Assembly: GCA_965218495.1 (NCBI GenBank)
Contig: OZ244626.1
Span: forward strand, 2,352,196-2,416,195
Reading direction: 5' to 3'
DNA length: 64,000 nucleotides
From: Rhodothermales bacterium
GTDB taxonomy: Bacteria > Bacteroidota > Rhodothermia > Rhodothermales > Bin80
Part shown: positions 49,535 to 59,157 of the stretch, in pieces
Layout of the letters: each line of letters starts with the position of its first letter
How positions within the stretch are numbered: position 1 is the first letter of the stretch
Notes under the pieces: model-generated
Seen by the model: the letters and a program-made list of their open reading frames with translations, nothing else
The model's database searches: none
Told to the model about the DNA's origin: nothing
Made by a program: the position numbers and the translations under genes

Positions 49535-49795
49535 CTACCCGACTACTTGGGCCAGGGAGGATTCAGCGGTATCGAACATCGACTTCAATACTTCTCCTCT
49601 CCCCTTCTCCAGCGCTAACAAGCGCAACTCGAGCGCCTGTCTAGCAGCGTTCACTGCGGCTGTGCGCTTATCGTGAGGTAGTGGGCCATGTGCTTCCTCG
49701 TAGCGAGAAACCGCATTCTCTGCTATTGTTCGAACGTTCTCTAACCAAATGCTGCGGCTGATCGCTGATCGCAAACTGGGGGCTGACTGCTTCAT
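49535..49795 (-). CDS. Hypothetical small helical protein
   Basis: 86-aa ORF with no recognised family. Its composition is protein-like. Confidence 0.35.
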   Translation of the reverse strand: MKQSAPSLRSAISRSIWLENVRTIAENAVSRYEEAHGPLPHDKRTAAVNAARQALELRLLALEKGRGEVLKSMFDTAESSLAQVVG

Positions 49796-49977
49796 GGAAA
49801 GAGCGTAACGCTTGTTGTTATACCTACGTGACCTATGCTGGATGACAAATCATTGCCGCCAGCGTCGGAATCGGCAGACGCCACGCACCGCTAAGACGGA
49901 CGCAGTGTACGCAAGATTGTGGCGACTTCACAGCAATTGCTTTGCGCCATCTCGTGGGACCAGGTGCCATGGGACCA

Positions 49978-50259
49978 CTACTTCTTGGCGGCCTCGGCGA
50001 CCACCGCATCGGCGATATCGAATAACTCCCGAACAGATTTCCTGCGCAGCACTCGGAGTCGGTCCATCGACTCCCACAGTGCGCGCTTGATCTCCGCAAT
50101 CGCGGTATCCCGGAGGGTATTCGAAATCGGCTCACCACGGGTGAATTCATACTTCTCGACAACGAAGTCCGCTACGTGGATTATGTTGTCGGCAACAATG
50201 CTGAAATCCACCGGGTTCCTGATGGATTCCAATTCTGCATCGGTTACGTCTCTGATCAT
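49978..50259 (-). CDS. Hypothetical small acidic protein
   Basis: 93-aa ORF MIRDVTDAELESIRNPVDFSIVADNIIHVADFVVEKYEF.... The composition is protein-like and there is an ATG start. No recognised family. Confidence 0.45.
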   Translation of the reverse strand: MIRDVTDAELESIRNPVDFSIVADNIIHVADFVVEKYEFTRGEPISNTLRDTAIAEIKRALWESMDRLRVLRRKSVRELFDIADAVVAEAAKK

Positions 50260-50784
50260 GATCGTGGCTGTATTTGGTAGCTGTTACGCACGCTTGATAG
50301 AGCGCGGACACGGGCAACCCCGGTCCGCACTACGACGCCATGCTATGACACACAAAGGGCGAGGCAGCAAGTAACCCTACAGCGACCATGCCCAATGGTC
50401 GAACATCGCAGGCCAACTGCAATGGTGCGAAAGGTACGCAAAAACCATGACGTTGTTGCCGAGCATTTGGCTTCGCGTCGGTTAGCGTCCGGCGAAGTAC
50501 ATCTTGCGGGAAGGCCCTGCCTGGTCGGACCTGTGGTCCAACTTTAAGGACTTAAGCACGACCTCTGCATAAAAGGTGACGCGCGTGCATACTCCGACCC
50601 AAGTCGTCTACCCATTCCGACGCATTTCGTCCACACGCCTCGATCGAATTCGTCCGATTTGACCGGTCTGCCAAAATGGCAGACGTGCCTGGGTGTGGCA
50701 CGCTCCACCGGGTCATTGCGCGGCGGAGCGTTTTCTTTTCGACTGGTAAAGTGCCCTCTTCTTTCACTAGTCGAGAGGCGCCAA

Positions 50785-51531
50785 ATGCCAAAGAGACGAA
50801 CCTCAATGCCTGTACTGTCGGACGTGCTTCGCCTGTCCATAGAGTCCAAGCTGAGTGCGCGGGCTGTCGCCCGGTGCTTACAACTGGCTCATAGCACGGT
50901 CAACGACTACCTTCGCCGTGCCAGGAAGGCGGGTCTGACCTGGCCGCTTCCAGAGAGCATGACCGACGGTGAGCTGAAGGCGTTACTATACAACAGGCCT
51001 ACCCGGGATGCACCCGTGCGGCCGCAACCGGATTGGCAGATCATTGACCTGGAGCTCAAGCGTAAAGGCGTTACGCTGGTGCTGCTGTAGGACGAATACA
51101 AACAACAGCTTCTGGACGGGTATGGGTATAGCCGCTTTTGCGACAATTATCGTAGCTGGAGCAAGCAGCGGGAGGTGGCCGTGCCCATGGAGCATCCTGC
51201 TCGCCACTCCCTCTTCGTGGACTATGCCGGGCAGCAGATGCAAGTGATTGACCCTGCTTCCGGCAAGGAGCGTAAGGGGGAGGTCTTCGTCGCGGCGCTC
51301 GGCTTCTCCAGACACCTCTATGCCGAGGCCATGTGGTCGCAGAAGATCGCGGACTGGATTGGGTCTCATCGTCGCGCGTTCGAGTTCTTCGCACAGTATC
51401 TGGTCTGCGAAAACCTGAAGAGTGCGGTTCGCAAGGCGCATCGATACGATCCGGACCCCAATTTGCCAGGACTTTGCCACCCATTACGAGCTGGCGGCAG
51501 TGCCTACCCGGGCGGGTCAACCTCGGGATAA
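50785..51531 (+). pseudogene. istA: IS21 family transposase IstA, with a nonsense mutation, a frameshift and a 3' truncation
   Basis: MPKRRTSMPVLSDVLRLSIESKLSARAVARCLQLAHSTVNDYLRRA (HTH) ... VTLVLL*DEYK, with TAG at 51088-51090 where Trp is expected. The integrase core follows (FVDYAGQQMQVIDPASG...). A frameshift lies near 51465, and the sequence ends ...TRAGQPRDK. Confidence 0.8.
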
Positions 51532-51650
51532 GCTCTTTGTTTGGGACCGCAGCGGATTCGCGCTCTACTATAAGCGTGCGGAGCCGGGGACATTTGAAGC
51601 TCCGACGGCACCTGCGCCCGCACGGGTGCAGAAGGTATTCCTAGTGGCAG
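51532..51650 (+). pseudogene. IS66 accessory TnpB (orf2) C-terminal fragment, fused directly to the truncated istA
   Basis: The same frame continues LFVWDRSGFALYYKRAEPGTFEAP. This matches the conserved ...WDRNGF.LWYKRLE.G.F..P motif of IS66 orf2. Confidence 0.55.
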
Positions 51651-51759
51651 AGGTACCGCTCGCGTCGGTGAGATGTCGCAGTCGCATTGCTCATCTGTAC
51701 TTACGAGGCAATACTTGTTATTTGCTACATAAAACGTGGGAATCATCTGTCTGACTTGC

Positions 51760-52304
51760 ACGCTTCCTGAGACGGTACCTCTTAATGCCCCTATGCCGGA
51801 GCTTACCAGCTCCCGTGCAGGAAACGGCCGCCTCCGTCTGGAGAGCGATGGTCTGCGTGAAGAAGTGGCTGCCCTCAAACACGAAGTGGACAAGCTCAGG
51901 CGCCTGATCTTTGGTGCGAAGATCGAGCGCCTCTTGCCGACCACCGACGTCAACCGGCCTGCGTTGTTTGGCGAGGAAAAGGGGTCCGCCAAGACTCCTG
52001 AACAGCACACGACTTACACTCTTGTGCGGAAAGACTCGCTTCGAATTATGTCGCTTCACGTCAGCCTCTGCCGCCCCGTCTGCCCCGCAAAGTGATTACG
52101 ATCGAGCCCGAGGGAGACGTGTCTCGCTTGAAGTGGGTCTGCGAAGAAGTGACGGAGGTGCTGGAATGGGTACCGGGCAGCTTCGGGGTGATTCGATACG
52201 TGCGGCCCAAATACGTGGATTTCGCCCATGAGGACGGCGGCGTTATCATTGCAGCGCGGCCGATCAAGAATCCGTGGCCAGTTCCGCCCGCCGGATGGAT
52301 CTGA
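51760..52304 (+). pseudogene. IS66 family transposase N-terminal fragment, frameshifted and truncated
   Basis: LREEVAALKHEVDKLRRLIFGAKIERL (coiled-coil N-terminus). Then, in another frame, ITIEPEGDVSRLKWVCEEVTEVLEWVPGSFGVIRYVRPKY. No DDE core follows. Confidence 0.7.
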
Positions 52305-52451
52305 AAACACTGCACGCCGCCTCAAACTGCCTTTGCCAGCAAAGTTGCTCCGAACAGCGCCGCGAACAAAGGTGACCTCTGAGTGCTTCAGCACAAGCAG
52401 ACCGCCTCCTACAGCGGGTGCATCCCTAGCGAAGATTAGTGCAGAACAGCG

Positions 52452-53057
52452 CTAAACCTCCTCGCCTGCGTATGCCACCGTCTCCTGCGGAGGGGGCCCG
52501 AGGGCGGCATTGGACGCCGCAAGCATCTGGCTGTGAAATCGCTTCTGAAACACCAGAATTCCTACCACGCCCCCGCAGATTGCAATGTCGGCGACGTTGA
52601 AGATGGGGAACAATGCCAGGAATTGCCCGCCAATGAGGGGCACGCTTTCAGGTACGAGACCGCTCCAGAGGTTGAAGTGGATAAAGTCCACCACACGCCC
52701 CTGAAAGAAAGGCGCGTAGTCGAATATCATGCCGTAAAACAGGCGGTCCACAATGTTGCCTACAGCGCCACCCAAGATAAGCGCCAGACACGTGGTATAG
52801 GGCGCGTATCCAGACCGCACGCGTAGCAGATAGATGACGATGAGTATAGTCGCCGTGATAGAGCAGGCAGTGACCACAGCCGTAGACCCTGGCATGATAC
52901 CGAATGCCATGCCAGGATTCTCGGTGAAGGTGAACTTGAGCCAGTCACCGATCACCCCGAACGACTGTCGGGGCGTCGCGCTCATATTCAGGCGCACGGC
53001 AACCTTAGTGGCCTGATCAACAACCAGCACTCCCAGCGCAATCCACAAAAGCCGCAT
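52452..53057 (-). CDS. lspA: Lipoprotein signal peptidase (signal peptidase II)
   Basis: 201-aa polytopic ORF with VVDQATK, GGAVGNIVDR and FPIFNVADI. Confidence 0.9.
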   Translation of the reverse strand: MRLLWIALGVLVVDQATKVAVRLNMSATPRQSFGVIGDWLKFTFTENPGMAFGIMPGSTAVVTACSITATILIVIYLLRVRSGYAPYTTCLALILGGAVGNIVDRLFYGMIFDYAPFFQGRVVDFIHFNLWSGLVPESVPLIGGQFLALFPIFNVADIAICGGVVGILVFQKRFHSQMLAASNAALGPPPQETVAYAGEEV

Positions 53058-53077
53058 AGAGACGTAAGGTCTGGTGC

Positions 53078-53494
53078 CTACCTGTTCTGCCGCTGCTTGG
53101 CTTCTATGGATAGTTCCGTGTGCGGGACCGCAATGAGGCGCTCTTTGGCGATGGCCTTACCGGTAACTTTACAGATGCCGTAGGACTTGTTATCGATGCG
53201 CTCCAGTGCCCGGTCCAAGTAGTTAATGAATTTCTGCTGGCGGGCGATCATCAGGTACAGCTTCTCGCGCTCCATTGCATCCGTACCAGCATCCGCCATA
53301 TGATGGCTATAAGCCGAGTCATTGGCGGCCTGTTCACGAGAATCTTGGATCTGTAGCTGCATCCGCTGCTTATCGTTGTGTGCAGCCTGTCGCTTCTTTA
53401 GGATTATCTGCCGGAAAAACTCCAGTTCATCATCGCTGAAAAACGTTTTCCGCGTCTCCATTTCTGGCATATTAGGTTTGTCTTTCGCTGCCAT
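53078..53494 (-). CDS. DksA/TraR family regulator (single-Cys Bacteroidota type)
   Basis: 138-aa ORF with a coiled-coil region and the C-terminal SYGICKVTGKAIAKERLIAVPHTELSIEAK. Confidence 0.8.
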   Translation of the reverse strand: MAAKDKPNMPEMETRKTFFSDDELEFFRQIILKKRQAAHNDKQRMQLQIQDSREQAANDSAYSHHMADAGTDAMEREKLYLMIARQQKFINYLDRALERIDNKSYGICKVTGKAIAKERLIAVPHTELSIEAKQRQNR

Positions 53495-53514
53495 GGCTCA
53501 TACGTATCCAAATG

Positions 53515-56500
53515 CTACTCCCCGCCGCATGTGGGCGCGCTCCTTCGCACGCCCAGCGTCAACTCCTCACCACTAAATTTGAACTTCTCAACAGCCTCCC
53601 CACCGGGCTCACTGGCTCGCTCCAACGTCAATGCGAGCACCTCGTTCCGTAGCCACTGGTCATGGCGTGTCAGTGCGGCGGCCAGATCAGGCGTGGCGTG
53701 GTACTCTACCATGATGCGGTCGGTGATGCCAAAGCCGGCACGTTTGCGCAGGTTCTGGAGTCGGTTGATGGATTCCCTGGCAAGCCCTTCATTCCGTAGG
53801 TCCTCCGTGAGCCTTGTATCAAGCGCTACCGTCACACCCTCCTCGCTGCCTACCAGCCAGCCTTCAATGCCTTCCGTAATGATCTGCACGTCGCCCGGCC
53901 CCAGGGTAATTGTCCGAGCATCCACCGTGATGTCTATCGTTCCTTCTCGCTCATATCCCAGGAGCGCCTCCTGGTCCAACCGCGACACGGCCACCTTCAC
54001 TTTGGGCATTTGCCTACCGACCCGGCACCCTAGCTGCCGAAAATTGGGGCGTGCTGTACGCCGCACCAGACTGCTATCGCTGGTGAGATAGTCAATACTT
54101 TTGACATTGACTTCGCTCAGGATAATGGACTCCACCTGCTCAATCGCCTCTTGCTCAATTCCTGCGCTCGTTACTACCAAAACGCGCGAAAGCGGCTGGC
54201 GAATGTTGATGCTGGCCTTGTTGCGCAGTCCGAGCACCAGCGACGCGATCGTCTGTGCAAGCTTCATGCGGTGCTCCAACGCACTGTCAATAGAATCCGC
54301 ATTAGGCTCCGGAAAGTGGGCCAAGTGCACCGATTCAGCATACCCTGTGCCTGCCACCCGGAGTCGCTGAAAGAGCCACTCTGAGAAAAACGGTGCGAGC
54401 GGCGCCATCATGCGCGCCAAAGTCTCTAGACACGTGTGGACCGTCTGGTAGGCTGCCCACTTGTCAACTTCCTCCTGCGTGTTTTTAGCGGACCAGAATC
54501 GTCGCCTGGAGCGTCGGATGTACCAGTTGGAGAGCTCATGTACAAAGCGCTCTATGGCGCGCGCAGCCCGGGTTGGATGAAAATCGGCATTGGCAGCATT
54601 GGCCTCAGCCGCGGTGGTATGGAGCCTGCTCACTATCCAGCGGTCAAGCTCCGGCCGGCAGAATACCGGCACCACGGCTTCCTGCCCTGTATACCCATCA
54701 ATATTGGCGTACGTAGCAAAGAAGCTGTACACGTTACCCAGCGTGCTGAAAAGCTTGCTTTCCGCCTCCCTGATGCCCTTTTCGGAAAACCTGATGTCTT
54801 CCCATGGCGGCGAATTGCTCATTAGGTACCAGCGAACCCGATCTGCGCCCCACTTTCGGATTACCGCAAAAGGGTCCACGGCGTTGCCTTTGGTCTTTGA
54901 CATCTTTTCTCCCTTTTCGTCCAGCACCAGGCCGCCGACTACGCAGTTCTTGAAAGAGACCTCATCCATTACCAGGGCAGCAATGGCATGGAGCGTATAA
55001 AACCATCCGCGGGTCTGATCAACCCCTTCAGAGATAAAGTCTGCAGGAAAGCTGCGCGCAAAGGCCTCACGGTTTTCGAAGGGATAGTGCCACTGCGCAA
55101 ACGGCATGGCGCCGGAGTCAAACCATACGTCGATGGTTTCTGGCACGCGGTGCATGGTTCCACCGTCAGGTGCTGGCCACGTAAGTTCATCTACGTGGGG
55201 GCGATGAAGGTCCAGTTCCTCGTCACGCTCTGGCAGCTGGTCGCCGCACTTGGCACGCAGCTCCGCAATCGAGCCGATGGCTTCAACATGCGAAGGATCC
55301 TTGTCCGACACCCACACAGGCAGCGGCGTGCCCCAGAAACGCCGTCGGCCGAGGGCCCAATCCACGTTGTTTTCCAACCACTCCCCGAAGCGCCGTGTGC
55401 CGATGACCTTCGGCTGCCACGCAATGTTGCTGTTCAGGGCCACGAGCCGATCGCGTATTGCGGTCGTTCGAATAAACCAGCTCTTGACCGGGTAGCTCAT
55501 CAGCGGCGTACCCTTGCGCCAGTCGTGGGGATAGTTGTGCAGGCATGTTTCGTGTCGATACAGAAGACCACGATCCCGCAGGTCACGAATCAGAGGCTTA
55601 TCCGCGTCCTTGAACCACAGTCCACCAGCGATGCCCACGTCCGGCAGGAAGCGGCCATCCGCTTCAATAGGGTTAAGCACGGGCAGACCCTCTTGCTGAC
55701 CAGTTGCATAGTCATCCGCACCGAATGCTGGCGCAATGTGCACGATACCTGTACCATTGCCGGTGGAAACAAATGCCGCGGACACGACGCACCACGTGTC
55801 ATGGCCTTGCGCCCGAAAATGATCAAACACTGGCGCGTATCGAGTGCCTTCTAGGTCTCGACCTTTCATGGTGGAGACGACCTCATAGTCGTCCTGGAGA
55901 ACCTCCAAGCGGGCCGCAGCCAACAAGAAATGCTTACCTGGGTGTCCCTTTACGCGAACCTTGGCATAGTCGATATCTGGCCCGACGGCTAACGCCGCAT
56001 TGGACACCAGCGTCCACGGCGTAGTAGTCCAAGCCAGGAAGAATGTGCCATTCTCCTCTTCCGACGGAAACTGCACGTATACGCTGGGATCCTGCACCTC
56101 CTGGTAACCCAGGCTTACCTCATGCGAACTGAGTACCGTGCCCGACCCAGGACTGTACCACTGGATCTTGTGGCCCTGGTAAAGCAGACCCTTGTCAAAA
56201 ATCTGCTTTAGCAACCACCAGACGCTCTCTATATAGTTGTTTTCAAACGTTATGTACGGGCGATCCAGGTCAACCCAGTATCCCATCAGGCGCGTAAGCT
56301 CATCCCATTCCTCCTTGTATTCGAGTACGCTCTGCCGGCAAGCCGCGTTAAAGCGCTCCATGCCATAGGCCAAGATATCCTCATGCCCATCGAGTCCGAG
56401 CTTCTTTTCGACTTCGATCTCTACCGGCAAACCGTGTGTGTCCCACCCGGCTTTTCGCTCTACGCGATAGCCTTTCATGGTTTGATACCGACAGAATACA

Positions 56501-56700
56501 TCCTTGATGGTTCGTGCAAGCACGTGATGGATGCCTGGACGGCCGTTGGCTGTCGGCGGCCCTTCGTAGAAGGTGTAGGTCCGAGCCGGGTCCCTCTGGT
56601 CTACGCTCTTGGCAAAGATGTCATGCTTGTGCCACCAGGCAAGCACTTCGCGTTCCAGCATAGCTGGCCCTTGCTTCTGGACCTCCTCGAATCGCGGCAT
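53515..56700 (-). CDS. ileS: Isoleucine--tRNA ligase
   Basis: The ORF has PPTANGRPGIHH (HIGH) and KMSKTKGN (KMSKS). I chose the ATG at 56700 (MPRFEEVQKQG...). The track starts at a TTG at 56715. Confidence 0.95.
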   Translation of the reverse strand: MPRFEEVQKQGPAMLEREVLAWWHKHDIFAKSVDQRDPARTYTFYEGPPTANGRPGIHHVLARTIKDVFCRYQTMKGYRVERKAGWDTHGLPVEIEVEKKLGLDGHEDILAYGMERFNAACRQSVLEYKEEWDELTRLMGYWVDLDRPYITFENNYIESVWWLLKQIFDKGLLYQGHKIQWYSPGSGTVLSSHEVSLGYQEVQDPSVYVQFPSEEENGTFFLAWTTTPWTLVSNAALAVGPDIDYAKVRVKGHPGKHFLLAAARLEVLQDDYEVVSTMKGRDLEGTRYAPVFDHFRAQGHDTWCVVSAAFVSTGNGTGIVHIAPAFGADDYATGQQEGLPVLNPIEADGRFLPDVGIAGGLWFKDADKPLIRDLRDRGLLYRHETCLHNYPHDWRKGTPLMSYPVKSWFIRTTAIRDRLVALNSNIAWQPKVIGTRRFGEWLENNVDWALGRRRFWGTPLPVWVSDKDPSHVEAIGSIAELRAKCGDQLPERDEELDLHRPHVDELTWPAPDGGTMHRVPETIDVWFDSGAMPFAQWHYPFENREAFARSFPADFISEGVDQTRGWFYTLHAIAALVMDEVSFKNCVVGGLVLDEKGEKMSKTKGNAVDPFAVIRKWGADRVRWYLMSNSPPWEDIRFSEKGIREAESKLFSTLGNVYSFFATYANIDGYTGQEAVVPVFCRPELDRWIVSRLHTTAAEANAANADFHPTRAARAIERFVHELSNWYIRRSRRRFWSAKNTQEEVDKWAAYQTVHTCLETLARMMAPLAPFFSEWLFQRLRVAGTGYAESVHLAHFPEPNADSIDSALEHRMKLAQTIASLVLGLRNKASINIRQPLSRVLVVTSAGIEQEAIEQVESIILSEVNVKSIDYLTSDSSLVRRTARPNFRQLGCRVGRQMPKVKVAVSRLDQEALLGYEREGTIDITVDARTITLGPGDVQIITEGIEGWLVGSEEGVTVALDTRLTEDLRNEGLARESINRLQNLRKRAGFGITDRIMVEYHATPDLAAALTRHDQWLRNEVLALTLERASEPGGEAVEKFKFSGEELTLGVRRSAPTCGGE

Positions 56701-56801
56701 GAACGGCAGCAACAAAAGAAAAACTGTGACTACGAAAAACTGCTACCGTTGTTCGTTGCCGGCTGCCCTGCGTCATCCACTGGGCGCCTGCACGATGCCA
56801 G

Positions 56802-57656
56802 TCACGCACCGCGCCCAATGGCTTCAACGACACCCGCCATGACAGCAGTTAGCTTTGGCTCCGCTCCAGCGGCCGCCGACAGTACTAGTTCCAGGGTGAC
56901 CTCTTCCAAGGCGTCGGGAAAGCACTCATCGGTGATGACGCCAATTGCCATTACCCTCAAGCCCATATGGCGGGCGACAATGACCTCTGGAACGGTACTC
57001 ATTCCAACCACATCCGCCCCAATGCCGCGCAGGAAGCGGTACTCGGCCTTGGTTTCCAGGCACGGTCCCACAACCGCAACGTACACGCCTCGCTCCAGAC
57101 GAATGCCCTCGCCCATGGCGACGCGCAACGCAGTGTGCCGGAGTGCCACGTCATAAGGTTCGCTCATATCCGGAAACCTCGGTCCCCAGGCATCAACGTT
57201 GGGTCCTACGAGCGGGTTGACGCCTTGCAGATTGATGTGATCGGTCAGCAGCATAAGGTCGCCACGTCTGAAGAGCGGGTTCATGCCGCCGCAGGCAGTC
57301 GAAATGCAAATCGCCTCAATTCCAAGCGATCCCACTGTGCGAACGGGTACGGTCACCTCGCGGGCGCTGTAACCCTCGTAGACATGCATGCGCCCCTGCA
57401 AAGCCACCACGGGCACACCACGCAGCATGCCGAAGAGCAAGCGCCCCTTGTGTGACTCGACAGTGGATACGGGAAAATGCGGCAATTCGCCATATTCTAT
57501 CGTATCCACGACATCAATCTCCTGGGCGAGCCGACCTAGACCCGTTCCGAGTATGAGACCAACCCGGGGCCGTATGGATGTCTTGCCGCGGATTACGGCA
57601 ACGGCCTCTTCGACTTGTGCCATCTGCGTGGCTGCATCGGGATAATTTACGTCCAT
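56802..57656 (-). CDS. punA: Purine nucleoside phosphorylase (PunA/trimeric type)
   Basis: 284-aa ORF with LILGTGLG, HKGRLLFG, QGRMHVYEGY and GMSTVPE. Confidence 0.85.
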   Translation of the reverse strand: MDVNYPDAATQMAQVEEAVAVIRGKTSIRPRVGLILGTGLGRLAQEIDVVDTIEYGELPHFPVSTVESHKGRLLFGMLRGVPVVALQGRMHVYEGYSAREVTVPVRTVGSLGIEAICISTACGGMNPLFRRGDLMLLTDHINLQGVNPLVGPNVDAWGPRFPDMSEPYDVALRHTALRVAMGEGIRLERGVYVAVVGPCLETKAEYRFLRGIGADVVGMSTVPEVIVARHMGLRVMAIGVITDECFPDALEEVTLELVLSAAAGAEPKLTAVMAGVVEAIGRGA

Positions 57657-57671
57657 CAGCTTGTACGGGTC

Positions 57672-58346
57672 TTATCGGTTTCGTGGCCCGAAGATGGCCG
57701 AGCCCACCCTGATATGCGTCGCGCCTTCTTCTATAGCCACCTCAAAGTCGCCGCTCATGCCCATTGAGAGCATGGTCATCGCGGGGAGTTCATCATCAAA
57801 TAAGCGGCGCATCTGGCGAAACTGCGGCCTTACGGCTTCTGGATCCACCGCCGGCGAAGCCAGCGTCATGAGGCCCTGGATATGCAGATGCGTACGCGTT
57901 GAAAGCGCCCTAAGCACGGCCCCGACTTCGGCGGGTTCAAGCCCGAATTTGCTGGCCTCCTTCGAAATGTTCACCTGTACGAGACATGGAAGAACTCGCC
58001 CTTCCTCCCGTGCGCACCGCTCCAGGCTGTCGGCCAGGCGCAAGCTGTCCAGCGCATGAAACACGTGCGCCAGCTGCGCTACAATCCGCGCCTTGTTGCG
58101 CTGCAGGTGGCCAATCATATGCCAACGACATATGCCTTGCGGCGTTGCGGTGGCTTTTGCGCTCAGCTCCTGAACCTTGTTTTCGCCAAAGTCTTTGAGA
58201 CCTGCTTCGAGGCCAGCCGCGATCATCTCCAGGGGAAAAGACTTTGTCACGCCCACCAGCGTCACTTCCCCTTCCCGACGCCCCGCACGCTGGCAGGCCC
58301 GGGCGATGCGCTCGTGGACCTGTTCCAGACGACTGGCAATCGCCAT
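57672..58346 (-). CDS. yggS: YggS family pyridoxal-phosphate homeostasis protein
   Basis: The ORF has VTLVGVTKSFP (PLP lysine) and HMIGHLQRNK. I chose the ATG at 58346 (MAIASRLEQVHERI). The track extends to 58433. Confidence 0.85.
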   Translation of the reverse strand: MAIASRLEQVHERIARACQRAGRREGEVTLVGVTKSFPLEMIAAGLEAGLKDFGENKVQELSAKATATPQGICRWHMIGHLQRNKARIVAQLAHVFHALDSLRLADSLERCAREEGRVLPCLVQVNISKEASKFGLEPAEVGAVLRALSTRTHLHIQGLMTLASPAVDPEAVRPQFRQMRRLFDDELPAMTMLSMGMSGDFEVAIEEGATHIRVGSAIFGPRNR

Positions 58347-58651
58347 GACTTCCGCCTCTCTGGCGTCCGGCAGCGGCATGCTCTTACGGAATAAAGCGCA
58401 CCACTGACCCTGACACCGGGGCAATGACAGCACGCATAGTGGTAAATGTGGTAGTTAAAGGCACCAGGCTTAACCCTTGCAAAGCACTCGTCCCCAGCGG
58501 CAAAGCGTGCAATAATACGACCAACGTGGCAGCGCCCTGTAGTTTTCCTTGAATTGCATCATTGCATAATCAAAGCCTGAAGATAGATAGAACGTGCCAC
58601 TAATCAGCACTCTGAAGGTGGATGCACACACTATGGGGTGCCGCCAAACTG

Positions 58652-59157
58652 CTATAGCTCCGCGCGTAGCACCACAAGTGAACGGCGCCTATTGATTTCG
58701 AGGCAATTCACCAGGCCTACCACTATGATAAGGCCAGTCATCGCCGCAATAGCCAGCTCCAAAGAAGCCAAGAGGTTTACGAAGAAGGCTTCAAAGGCGA
58801 GTGCGCCAGCACTCACCCGGCTACAATGGCAAGTCCGACTCTTCCCACGGGAGTAAGGATGCCTTGGCACGGATATCCTCAGAACATGGCTGTTGAGACC
58901 TGTCTTAGTAAAGAATGTGCCTAGACCTGTGAATCCGCCGTTCAAACCATGATACCAGACTGTGCCCAAGCGAGGTGACTGCCACCATCGCAGCGACGTC
59001 ATTCACCATGGACGGCAAGAACAGGAGCACAGGTACCTACGAGCGCCTGAATTGTCTTGCCATATCATCGATTCTGTTCACGGTCCAGAACATCAGAAGC
59101 CAACGGTTGCCTGTTGCATTCAAATCCGCGCAAATGCATGGCACCAGACGGGCGAAC
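58652..59157 (-). pseudogene. Possible decayed C-terminal remnant of a second FtsX-type permease
   Basis: Track ORF 58652-59002 ends ...AFEAFFVNLLASLELAIAAMTGLIIVVGLVNCLEINRRRSLVVLRAEL. This resembles the final TM helix and the ...[10 protein letters not shown] terminus of the adjacent 837-aa permease. The upstream part is broken by stops. Confidence 0.3.
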
